This document shows positions 1 to 7,851 of a DNA stretch of 64,000 nucleotides, piece after piece. The translations under genes were made by a program, and so were the position numbers. This DNA comes from a virus. Every line of letters starts with the position of its first letter. The stretch's first letter is position 1. The notes beneath the pieces were generated by a model, which did not search any database, was not told the DNA's origin, and saw only the letters and a list, made by a program, of their open reading frames with translations. Location: IMG/VR virus record IMGVR_UViG_3300047586_000066, positions 1 through 64,000 of that record. One strand, written 5' to 3'.

Positions 1-1865
1 GCGTTCGCCGTGGTCGCGTTACTGATCTGGTCCAGACCTCCAGGAAGCATTCCGCCTCCTCCGCCTTGGCCCGCATGCTTCGCTCTCATGGCTTGGATGA
101 GGATGTTCGCGCCTTCCTCCTCAATTCCTTTCTTGATGGATTCGTAGAGGCCGCCCAGGTCCAGAGACTCGAGCATGTTTTTGAGATCCATGTCTCCCAT
201 ACGCCGGAGCTGCATCATAAGAGCTTGCTGCGGCATCCGAGCAGATTTCAGGAGAGATCCCGGAACCATCATAAAGGTGAACTTCTTCCAGTGTTCCTCG
301 GCCGGAACATCTGCGGGAACCATGGTTCCCGGGTTCCAATCGAAGTCTTCCCAGGTGAGTCCGTCGCTACCCATCATCTGTAGCCGGCGCTTCATGGTGT
401 AGAACTGGAATGAGTTCGGAACCCATTGCTGGCCGACCTGCTTCATAAAGTCCTCGATGTATCGGACTTTCAGCCTGACCAGTGTTTGTTGCCCTTCCTT
501 GAGCTGTTCGATCGTGTCGCCGGCCGGGACCACTCCACGGCGAGAGATCCCGGTCATGTCCAGGAAGCCGGACTGGCTGTCCAGTTCTTGCTGGGCATAA
601 AGCATCGTTTGGAAAACGAATCCTGGCAACACGGGTGAGGGAGCATACGAAGGTGCCGCGATGGAAGAGGGACTGTAAAAGATCTTCGCGTTCGGCATGT
701 TCGGATCGAGGTTCTTCTTGACCGCAGCACCGAAAGCATTGTCTGGCGCGAGGAGCTGAGGATTTACGGCCTTCTTCACAGCATCGAGGATGCCGGCCAG
801 GACGTTGTTCATTACATCCTGCAACGGCATCTGATTGCGGAATTCTGAGATACCTGGCCATTGCCACGGGACCCGGTTGAGTCTCAGGCATTGGAAAGGA
901 AACTGTCCGTGATAAAACGGGTTGGGACCATCGAATAAAACTACCGGACCTCCCATGATGACCAAACGTCCTCGAGGATAGAGTTTCTCATTTGGCTTTA
1001 CAATGTACCCATATTCACCGCTCTGATCGCCCGCATTCCCAACCCAAACTGTCTTGTTCGAAGTGTTCCTCTGATTGTCCCGGAGCCAGAACTCCCGATA
1101 GAGAGCCATCGGAATAACCGATTCTTTGATCTGAGTAGAGGACTGTCCGAACAGCCGGCGCATCTGGGGAGACATGATCTGCATGCCCCTGGTCCAGAGG
1201 TTCTGATTCGGAGAGCTGGTGTACTGAGAATATTCCTTGTCGACGGGAACGCGGAAGCCTTTCAGAGGATATTTCTCTTTGAACCAGGTCAAAGGCTTCG
1301 GACACCGGTAGATGACACCCAGGGCTTTTTGAAGAGTATGGGACGGTCGGATGGGGATCAGATCCATAGCCCCAAGCGGAGTGAGCTCCATCTCCCCGTC
1401 ACCATTCTTTAGGTCTGGGTTCCAAACAAGGCGCCCGTACCCGATCGTCAGAGCCGCGTGAATGATGATCATTGCCAGGCTCATGTCGATGTCTTCATTC
1501 ATGAACCAGGCGGAAATCATCTTATTCAGGACCTTTGCGTGGTCGTCGTAAAGTTTGTTGTTCGATTTGATCTCGAAAGATGGTCGGATGTCCGTAAGGT
1601 AGCTGATGAGCTGAACCAGGTTCGTCCAGAGCCGATTGGCTACCGGGGCAGCCTTGTAGCTGGGCCGGCGCTCAACCCATTGTTTGCCCATGAGATAATT
1701 GATTGAGCGATCGATCTGGACTATCTCGTCGTTGCGCTCAAGATCGTCTTTCGATTCCTCGAACACAGCTTCGCACCAACGACCGAGGATTGCATCGTGG
1801 CTCGATTCCTGAATAGGCCATTGCTGGCCCTGTGGATCATAACTGTACCAGCCCGGTAGGTCCAT
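1..1865 (-). CDS. Probable phage portal protein (P22-like), C-terminus truncated by window edge
   Basis: Not in the ORF track because it is open at the edge. ATG at 1865 after GGGAGA; MDLPGWYSYD...INYLMGKQW...NRLWTNLVQLISYLTDIRPSFEI; same frame reads open at position 1 (>620 aa). Lies downstream of terminase. Confidence 0.7.
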   Translation of the reverse strand, partial: MDLPGWYSYDPQGQQWPIQESSHDAILGRWCEAVFEESKDDLERNDEIVQIDRSINYLMGKQWVERRPSYKAAPVANRLWTNLVQLISYLTDIRPSFEIKSNNKLYDDHAKVLNKMISAWFMNEDIDMSLAMIIIHAALTIGYGRLVWNPDLKNGDGEMELTPLGAMDLIPIRPSHTLQKALGVIYRCPKPLTWFKEKYPLKGFRVPVDKEYSQYTSSPNQNLWTRGMQIMSPQMRRLFGQSSTQIKESVIPMALYREFWLRDNQRNTSNKTVWVGNAGDQSGEYGYIVKPNEKLYPRGRLVIMGGPVVLFDGPNPFYHGQFPFQCLRLNRVPWQWPGISEFRNQMPLQDVMNNVLAGILDAVKKAVNPQLLAPDNAFGAAVKKNLDPNMPNAKIFYSPSSIAAPSYAPSPVLPGFVFQTMLYAQQELDSQSGFLDMTGISRRGVVPAGDTIEQLKEGQQTLVRLKVRYIEDFMKQVGQQWVPNSFQFYTMKRRLQMMGSDGLTWEDFDWNPGTMVPADVPAEEHWKKFTFMMVPGSLLKSARMPQQALMMQLRRMGDMDLKNMLESLDLGGLYESIKKGIEEEGANILIQAMRAKHAGQGGGGGMLPGGLDQISNATTAN

Positions 1866-1911
1866 AGGTCTCCCAGATTCCAGTCTATCAATGTGCTGTC
1901 AAGCCCCACCC

Positions 1912-2241
1912 TCAGCTACCGAGTTGTTCGTCGGTTCCTAACCAGACAAATTGATCAAGTGGAAAGTGGTTTTTGCAAAACACGCAGAACGTTCCACTGT
2001 AGAATCCAGGATCACGGGCATAGGTCTCTGCGAGAGACAAACCCATGTGGGTGTCTGTCCCGCATGTTTTGTGGGTGTAGGCTTGCCGGACTGGACGCAC
2101 GAAACCTTTGGCTCTTTCTTCTGGAGTCAGAACTACATATCCCTTTTGCTGGCCAGTGGATGGGTTTATTTCACGATGATCTGGAGTGACCGGACTGCCA
2201 TCGGTAAGGACTTGTTTTGTTCGATCAACCGGTTCTACCAT
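1912..2241 (-). CDS. Conserved phage hypothetical protein (Cys/His metal-binding)
   Basis: ORF 109 aa, YVVLTPEERAKGFVRPVR...HxxC...CxxC..H. Confidence 0.6.
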   Translation of the reverse strand: MVEPVDRTKQVLTDGSPVTPDHREINPSTGQQKGYVVLTPEERAKGFVRPVRQAYTHKTCGTDTHMGLSLAETYARDPGFYSGTFCVFCKNHFPLDQFVWLGTDEQLGS

Positions 2242-2543
2242 TTAGGAACCTCCATTTTCATCGGGGCGATCTTCGTCGGCGGCGGAGGAGCGTCGGCAAC
2301 TGGGATTACCCCGTTCTCATGACAAAGGGACGAAAGCTCCCTCTTGCTGCTTACCCGGGTGTTTCGTCCATGCCGATCGATGTTCCGGGTGTCGAACCCT
2401 TCGAAGATGCTGACTGCGGCCAAGGAATACAGTCGCTCCGACTCAGATCCGCATTTCGGGCAGGGAACTGTCTGATCCGTGAACTTCGAAAGATGCTCGT
2501 TCACGAATCCGCATTTCGTACACTGATCCTCATAAATTGGCAT
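2235..2543 (-). CDS. FmdB-family zinc-ribbon protein
   Basis: MPIYEDQCTKCG...CPKCGS...RLYS signature; RBS GGAGGG before ATG 2543. Confidence 0.75.
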   Translation of the reverse strand: MPIYEDQCTKCGFVNEHLSKFTDQTVPCPKCGSESERLYSLAAVSIFEGFDTRNIDRHGRNTRVSSKRELSSLCHENGVIPVADAPPPPTKIAPMKMEVPKW

Positions 2544-3024
2544 GTTTCCCTCCAGCGATGATCTCATCCCATTGCTGGTAGGACAGACCCCTCTTTCCGC
2601 TGTCCATTACCCGATCGATCATCTTGATGAGTCTGCGCCCGTGATACTTCCTTATGCGCTCTTTGACGGCGGGCTTCGTATTCCAAGTAATCACGATTTG
2701 GTCGGGCTGAAGGGTTAAATCAAAACAATCTCCACGGTTGAATATTCCAGACCTTCCCGGGGAAGAGACAACAAGAAATGGACGCGAATTGTCTAAATCA
2801 GTCCACTCTTCTTCCCTGAAGCATGGATAGGCAATCCACTGTCCGAATTCTAAATCATGTCCTTGGGCCTGCTTCCACCCAGTCCATTTGATATGGTATC
2901 CACGATAGAAGGTCTTCGCCTCTGGGTTGACGCCATCAAGGTATTCCTTTTTTGAAGATGACTTGGCCACTCCAAAAACGGGAAGAAGCCCAAACAATCC
3001 TACAAATGATCTTCGAGTAAGCAT
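2530..3024 (-). CDS. Hypothetical protein with twin-arginine-like N-terminus
   Basis: MLTRRSFVGLFGLLPVFGVA; RBS AGGAGG. Confidence 0.55.
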   Translation of the reverse strand: MLTRRSFVGLFGLLPVFGVAKSSSKKEYLDGVNPEAKTFYRGYHIKWTGWKQAQGHDLEFGQWIAYPCFREEEWTDLDNSRPFLVVSSPGRSGIFNRGDCFDLTLQPDQIVITWNTKPAVKERIRKYHGRRLIKMIDRVMDSGKRGLSYQQWDEIIAGGKHANL

Positions 3025-3032
3025 GGTTCCTC

Positions 3033-3590
3033 CTAGTAGTACCAAAGATTGTCGAGTCCCTCTTCGAATTTGGCCTGCATATACCGTTCGACCGACATCC
3101 CGCCCGAATCCGCGATATCCTTGATCGGCTGGACGTGTCTTTCCGGAATGCTCAGGGAAAGGGAGTGATCGCCGCCCATCTTCCGGATCTGTGAGATCAC
3201 AATCCGGTCTTCGGCTCTCTGGAGCTTCTCCCGGAGATCTTTGATAGTCTCGTTCATGGCGAACAGGTTTCCAAACAGGGTCGAGGAATCTCCGAATGGA
3301 CCGAGGATCGATTCAATCCTCTGTTTGTCGATGTCATCGATATAAACGCGATTATCCGGAGGCGGCTGAACAGCGACCGAAGCAGTCGGCTCTTCAACCT
3401 TGGGCGCCGCAACCCGGCGCTTTTTGTTCATTTCGAGAGACAGGGCCGAGAGTTCATCCCGATCGGCGAATTCGTGGCCATTACCGCATTTGTGAATCAT
3501 GCCGGTAAAATTCAGATCAACTTCAACCCCGCTGTTGTAGCACAGCGGGCACAGGGTACGCGGTTTTGGTTTATTTGCGACGGCAGCCAT
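3033..3590 (-). CDS. Hypothetical protein (N-terminal CxxC/CxxxH, possible C-terminal ribbon-helix-helix)
   Basis: Start MAAVANK after GAGG; CPLC...CGNGH; C-terminal LSLSIPE...GMSVERY. Confidence 0.55.
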   Translation of the reverse strand: MAAVANKPKPRTLCPLCYNSGVEVDLNFTGMIHKCGNGHEFADRDELSALSLEMNKKRRVAAPKVEEPTASVAVQPPPDNRVYIDDIDKQRIESILGPFGDSSTLFGNLFAMNETIKDLREKLQRAEDRIVISQIRKMGGDHSLSLSIPERHVQPIKDIADSGGMSVERYMQAKFEEGLDNLWYY

Positions 3591-3603
3591 TCTTTTTGCC
3601 CTC

Positions 3604-5499
3604 CTAGAGCATAAAAAAGTCAGAAACTCCTGGATCTGTGGCTTGAGTGTTGTCTTTGTCATAGAGCAAGGAATAATCCGTGTTTTGAAAGTCCTGATCC
3701 TTGGGCGGCTGCTCTTCTTCGAGAGTGCCGTCAATTCGAGGACGGAGTTGCGTAGCACAATAATAGGTGATCATGAGCGCCATCGTGGCGTCATCGTGTG
3801 TCCCGGACCTGGCTTCGTACCGCTCGCTTCCCTCTTCTACTTCCACGAAATCGAACATCTCGTCGATGTCTTTTTCGGATCGGATTACTACAGTCCACTC
3901 GTTGAGCGCCTGCCTAAAGCGCCCGATGAGCTCATTTCTATTTCTGAACGTGGTCAACCAGCCGATAAAGTTGGAGAATGCGTTCTTTGCCTTGTCCTCG
4001 CGCATCCACCGATACCATTTCGGATAGAGTAAAACCTTTACTAGATCGCTTGCAACGCTGGTGATCGTGTTGCATTCCGGCGCGATCTCCGCGGTGTTAT
4101 ACATGTACCCGAGCGCGGCAATGATCCTGGCGAACTTGCCTGGTCCGGTGTAGCCATGCCAACGGGCGACCTGGCGGATGGGATGATTCAGATTCTCCGG
4201 CACAGCCATCACCTGGGCGCATGCGGGGTCTCCGCCCTCGACGCCCATGGACGGGTCGGCACCGATGTAATAGGTCATCGATGCCTTGGGAAATTCCCAG
4301 ACTTCGAGCTCGCCATCCTCAACCCTTATCAACTTGAAAGTCTTGTCGTCTTTATTCAGCTCGATCTGGCCGCGCCAGATTGGTTTTATGCAGAATTCGG
4401 TTATCATCCTTTGAAGGCGCTTCTTGCTGAAAGCTGTGCGGCCGGACGCAATGAAAGCCTCAACCGGTGAAACCGGGTACTCCTGTCGGAACTTTTCCGA
4501 ATCGCCGGAGGTCTTCTCGAAATCTCTCATCATCTTGCGGCGCCAGGCGAGCTGGCCAGTAGTCAGAGTGACTTCGCTTTTTTTCTGGACCTTATTAACC
4601 AGGGCATCTTCTTCCTGGGTTGTTTTGAAGTTCGCCGGCACGGAGATGGTGTAACCTGGTTCCCGGAACCATTCGATAAACACGAACTCCCAGGACATAT
4701 CGCCGTCTTCAGCGGCTTTACACAGACGATTCCAAAGGCCGCCGCGTCCGCGTGCCGTGGATTCCATGATACCGATCGTGCCTCCGATGTTTCCGAGCGA
4801 TCCATAAATCCCTTCCGTGATAGCGTCATCCTGCCGGTATCGGGCGACTTCGGCCAGGTGAACACCAAAGAGAGCTTTTGAATAGGCCGCTCCAGACGGC
4901 TGGTTCGCTGATTCAAAGTAGATCTGGCTCTGCATTCCGGTGCTCTTCAACCGGTCATCAGCCTTGGCGCGGTCGAAGCCGAGCAGACGGCCGCGGGCGT
5001 CGTATCTCTTCTCAGGCTTCATCCACCAGGGCAGATATTCGTGTGCCGTTCGTGCCATATCGAAATTGACCAGAGTCCGGTCCTCTTCATCGGCCATCTC
5101 CAGACAGTGGGCCATTGGATGAAGGAACACCAGCCAGCATATAAGCGCCACGCTGATGGTCGTCAGCCCGAGTTGCCGGGCCTTCAAAACGATGATTCGG
5201 ATGAGTTCGCCAAGATCAAACTGACGCTGAAAAACCTCCAGGAACATCTCCTGGCTGTCCCAGAATGGCCAGATGGGGATCAGTTCCAACTTCTTCGTGC
5301 GGATAAAGTGATAATTTTCAAGGTAGTAGCGCGGCTGTTCCAAGCACTTCTGAATCTCGGTCTCGACAAATTCCAGCTCTGTGGGAGTCAGTAACGCGAA
5401 TGCCTTCTGAATGTCTCCCCCAGCGATTTCATACAGCTTATTGTCCAGGGTTTCTATCGCATCATGCAGTTCAGGCTGTCTACGTCGGAGCTGGTCCAT
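3604..5499 (-). CDS. terL: Terminase large subunit
   Basis: Walker A VLKARQLGLTT, Walker B-like VHLAEVA, coupling motif MESTARG, nuclease YIGADP...HDDATMA. Confidence 0.93.
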   Translation of the reverse strand: MDQLRRRQPELHDAIETLDNKLYEIAGGDIQKAFALLTPTELEFVETEIQKCLEQPRYYLENYHFIRTKKLELIPIWPFWDSQEMFLEVFQRQFDLGELIRIIVLKARQLGLTTISVALICWLVFLHPMAHCLEMADEEDRTLVNFDMARTAHEYLPWWMKPEKRYDARGRLLGFDRAKADDRLKSTGMQSQIYFESANQPSGAAYSKALFGVHLAEVARYRQDDAITEGIYGSLGNIGGTIGIMESTARGRGGLWNRLCKAAEDGDMSWEFVFIEWFREPGYTISVPANFKTTQEEDALVNKVQKKSEVTLTTGQLAWRRKMMRDFEKTSGDSEKFRQEYPVSPVEAFIASGRTAFSKKRLQRMITEFCIKPIWRGQIELNKDDKTFKLIRVEDGELEVWEFPKASMTYYIGADPSMGVEGGDPACAQVMAVPENLNHPIRQVARWHGYTGPGKFARIIAALGYMYNTAEIAPECNTITSVASDLVKVLLYPKWYRWMREDKAKNAFSNFIGWLTTFRNRNELIGRFRQALNEWTVVIRSEKDIDEMFDFVEVEEGSERYEARSGTHDDATMALMITYYCATQLRPRIDGTLEEEQPPKDQDFQNTDYSLLYDKDNTQATDPGVSDFFML

Positions 5500-5502
5500 G
5501 GC

Positions 5503-5877
5503 CTATACCTTATCGGCTACGGCTTGGCTGACGAACGATCTCAGCTCTTCATCAGTAAGTCCGCCATGACCCTGATCCCTAAGATTCTTGATCTGTTCCT
5601 GGATGAACAGCTCTTCATCGGTATTGGCGATGAATTCGCCATCAGTGGGCTTCATTCGGCTGGATATGAATTCTCTGAGTTGGCTTCCAAGGAGAGAAGA
5701 GGCAGTTTCGGGCGAGCCAGAGGCAGGGGCCGCTACTGAGCGCGAACGCAGCTCATGAAGGATGGCCGAATCGAGTGTTATGGCAAGAGTATAGAAACGG
5801 AAGCCTACGAAGATCAGTAGAGCAAGAGCCGCTAAAAAAAGCGCGAACGCTGCAACAACCGCAGCGAGAGCCCACAT
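5503..5877 (-). CDS. Membrane-anchored hypothetical protein
   Basis: N-terminal hydrophobic helix, 124 aa. Confidence 0.55.
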   Translation of the reverse strand: MWALAAVVAAFALFLAALALLIFVGFRFYTLAITLDSAILHELRSRSVAAPASGSPETASSLLGSQLREFISSRMKPTDGEFIANTDEELFIQEQIKNLRDQGHGGLTDEELRSFVSQAVADKV

Positions 5878-5936
5878 ACTAGATCGTCATTTCTTCTACC
5901 TTTCAGTTGACGGCTGATTGACGGTTCCCGGGCGGA

Positions 5937-6215
5937 TTATACTTTGCGGATTTCCTCGAAATCAAGCATTTCGATATATTTGCTATCGTCGCGGCCTAGC
6001 TCTGAGATGATTTTTATTCCCACCAAATGAGACCGGTTGGCTCCGGTTTCGACTTGAACGAGGCATTCGGGGCCCATGAATCCGTTGCCCTCGCCTGGTC
6101 CCATGCGGTCTTTGTCAGACGGATTCAAATCGATATAAATTGGACCATTGGAAACGACTACCTTTTTAACTTCTTTGTTGGTCCACGGATCCACTGTCGT
6201 CATCAGAATCTTCAT
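5937..6215 (-). CDS. Hypothetical protein
   Basis: ATG 6215 (MKILMTT) after AAGGAG; the upstream part of the listed ORF is tRNA sequence. Confidence 0.55.
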   Translation of the reverse strand: MKILMTTVDPWTNKEVKKVVVSNGPIYIDLNPSDKDRMGPGEGNGFMGPECLVQVETGANRSHLVGIKIISELGRDDSKYIEMLDFEEIRKV

Positions 6216-6233
6216 GCTTTTCTCCTTGTAAAT

Positions 6234-6310
6234 TGGTGTCCCGTGCGGGATTTGAACCCGCGATCCCCGGAGTGAAATTCCGATATCCTTGGCCACTAGA
6301 CGAACGGGAC
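6234..6310 (-). tRNA. tRNA-Glu(TTC)
   Basis: Acceptor GTCCCGT/ACGGGAC, anticodon arm TCGGA-AT TTC AC-TCCGG, T arm GCGGG TTCAAAT CCCGC, encoded CCA. Confidence 0.93.
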
Positions 6311-6314
6311 AGAT

Positions 6315-6388
6315 TGGCAGGGGCGGAGAGGATCGAACTCCCGTGAGCCGGTCCAAAGCCGGCTGCCTGGCCACTTGGCTACGCCCCA
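6315..6388 (-). tRNA. tRNA-Gln(TTG)
   Basis: TGGGGCG/CGCCCCT, GCCGG-CT TTG GA-CCGGC, T loop TTCGATC, CCA. Confidence 0.92.
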
Positions 6389-6547
6389 ATAATTCATGGT
6401 CTGATACTTTGCTCTCTGCCTCTTACGCGATCCAACATATCCCATCGACAGTTGTGGCACCATGGCAAGATCGGACTTTTATACATCCTCCAATACGTCG
6501 CAGGACCTCCGCATTCGAAACAGAGTTTTCCGATTAAATCCAAAGGT

Positions 6548-6620
6548 TGGGGTGAGGGCGGGACTTGAACCCGATCAACCGGGCCACAACCGATTGCTCT
6601 AACCATTGAGCTACCCCCAC
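6548..6620 (-). tRNA. tRNA-His(GTG), atypical
   Basis: GTGGGGG/CCCTCAC, D arm GCTCAATGGTTAGAGC, ATCGG-TT GTG GC-CCGGT, C73, CCA; 4-bp T stem and no genomic G-1. Confidence 0.8.
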
Positions 6621-6626
6621 TATAAA

Positions 6627-6716
6627 TGCCGGAAGAAGGGTTCGAACCTTCATGCTTGAGTTGTAATAAGCCTGGGATTTTAAGTCCCATGTGTCTGCCA
6701 CTTCCACCATTCCGGC
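6627..6716 (-). tRNA. tRNA-Leu(TAA)
   Basis: GCCGGAA/TTCCGGC, TGGGA-CT TAA AA-TCCCA, long variable arm, A73; CCA not encoded. Confidence 0.92.
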
Positions 6717-6723
6717 TTACACA

Positions 6724-6812
6724 TGCCGTGGAGGCATGAACCAGGGTTTCGATCCCTGCGGGGCCGCCCCCTATTAACCAGCGAACTCATGGACTCGTCG
6801 CCCTCCACGGCA
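6724..6812 (-). ncRNA. tRNA-like structured RNA enclosed in an 11-bp stem
   Basis: TGCCGTGGAGG/CCTCCACGGCA outer stem, inner CATGAGT/GTTCATG, T-like arm CAGGG ATCGAAA CCCTG; sits in a tRNA slot between tRNA-Arg and tRNA-Leu. Confidence 0.55.
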
Positions 6813-6817
6813 ATCTT

Positions 6818-6893
6818 TGGCATGCCCGGCAGGATTCGAACCTGCGACCCTCTGTTTAGAAAACAGGTACTCTGTCCTCTGAGTTACGGGCAT
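6818..6893 (-). tRNA. tRNA-Arg(TCT)
   Basis: ATGCCCG/CGGGCAT, CCTGT-TT TCT AA-ACAGA, GCAGG TTCGAAT CCTGC, CCA. Confidence 0.93.
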
Positions 6894-6896
6894 GCA

Positions 6897-6973
6897 TGGT
6901 CGGGGAGACTGGATTCGAACCAGCGCATTTCACGGTCCCAGGCCGTGAGCCTTCCCAGCTTGGCCACTCCCCG
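6897..6973 (-). tRNA. tRNA-Pro(TGG)
   Basis: CGGGGAG/CTCCCCG, CACGG-CC TGG GA-CCGTG (C at 33), GCTGG TTCGAAT CCAGT, CCA. Confidence 0.9.
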
Positions 6974-6980
6974 ATTGTCA

Positions 6981-7214
6981 TCATTCCACTTTGATGAAGT
7001 AAATGAAAGGATCTCTGCCGAGAAAAACCAGCTCTCCATCCAAGAACAGAGCTGTTTGTCCCTGATATGAGTCCGTGGCAAGAGAATCTGCTTTGAATTC
7101 CAGATTCGCGACAGACGATCCGACTGACATTTTCACGCTTACAGTTCTGACTTTTTTGAAGTTTGTCACCTTGATGCGGACGTCAGAAGTATTCGACTTT
7201 GAGGTTTTCTTCAT
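6981..7214 (-). CDS. Hypothetical protein
   Basis: 77-aa ORF, RBS GGAGG. Confidence 0.5.
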   Translation of the reverse strand: MKKTSKSNTSDVRIKVTNFKKVRTVSVKMSVGSSVANLEFKADSLATDSYQGQTALFLDGELVFLGRDPFIYFIKVE

Positions 7215-7512
7215 TCATTGCCGCCTCCACGCGGCTATCGATATCTTTGAGTTGTCCGAGTCTGCGGGCACACTCCAGCTTATGCCACGCCTGAAACTTT
7301 GACGAAACTATGAGTCTCTCGAATGCAGCTTTCTTGTTTTGAGCTTGGGAGCGGAATTCTCTTCCTTCTGCCATCGCCCCGGAGACCTCATGTGTTATCC
7401 GAACTCCGTTTTGATTGGAGTTCTGATGTTGGCCTCCGGGGCCGCCAGTACAGAAGGTCTGAATCTTGAAGTCCTTCTTTGTGAGACTGAACAGTAGTTT
7501 TTTCCCGTGCAC
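7183..7512 (-). CDS. Peptidyl-tRNA hydrolase / RF-1 domain protein (ArfB/PrfH-like)
   Basis: FCTGGPGGQHQN...GVRITH...RSQAQNKKAA; class I release-factor catalytic domain with no stop-recognition domain. Confidence 0.9.
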   Translation of the reverse strand: MHGKKLLFSLTKKDFKIQTFCTGGPGGQHQNSNQNGVRITHEVSGAMAEGREFRSQAQNKKAAFERLIVSSKFQAWHKLECARRLGQLKDIDSRVEAAMNEENLKVEYF

Positions 7513-7523
7513 TGGTGCACTCC

Positions 7524-7835
7524 TTACTGTCCGGCTGCCTGCTTCTCCAGCCGGTCAATCTCATCCTTGAGAGCCTGACGTTTCTCTTCTGCGGGCAGAA
7601 GAGATTCCAGCCGAGATTTCTTCTCCCGGATGAGCTTTTGGATTCGATCAGCGTTTCGAGACCGGATCTCACGCCGGATATCGGCGAGTTTGACGTCCAG
7701 GAATTCAGGAGCCTCAACAGCCAGAGTCACAAATTCATTCTGAACAGCTCGTCCGATCGCCGACAGAGCGACAAGATCTTCGATAGCAGTCACGCTATCG
7801 ATGTCGAACTTTCGGATTTCATCGATCAGGTACAT
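7524..7835 (-). CDS. Small coiled-coil protein downstream of Ro60
   Basis: ATG 7835 (MYLIDE) after AAGGAGG; helical, charged. Confidence 0.65.
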   Translation of the reverse strand: MYLIDEIRKFDIDSVTAIEDLVALSAIGRAVQNEFVTLAVEAPEFLDVKLADIRREIRSRNADRIQKLIREKKSRLESLLPAEEKRQALKDEIDRLEKQAAGQ

Positions 7836-7851
7836 GTTCCTACCTCCTTTC

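Noticed and set aside
5937-7081. ORF-track proteins overlapping the tRNA cluster (e.g. 6394..6690, 6723..7070, 6884..7081) and the 9391-9513 extension of Ro60
   Set aside because: They translate tRNA/ncRNA sequence; RBS-supported starts lie downstream.
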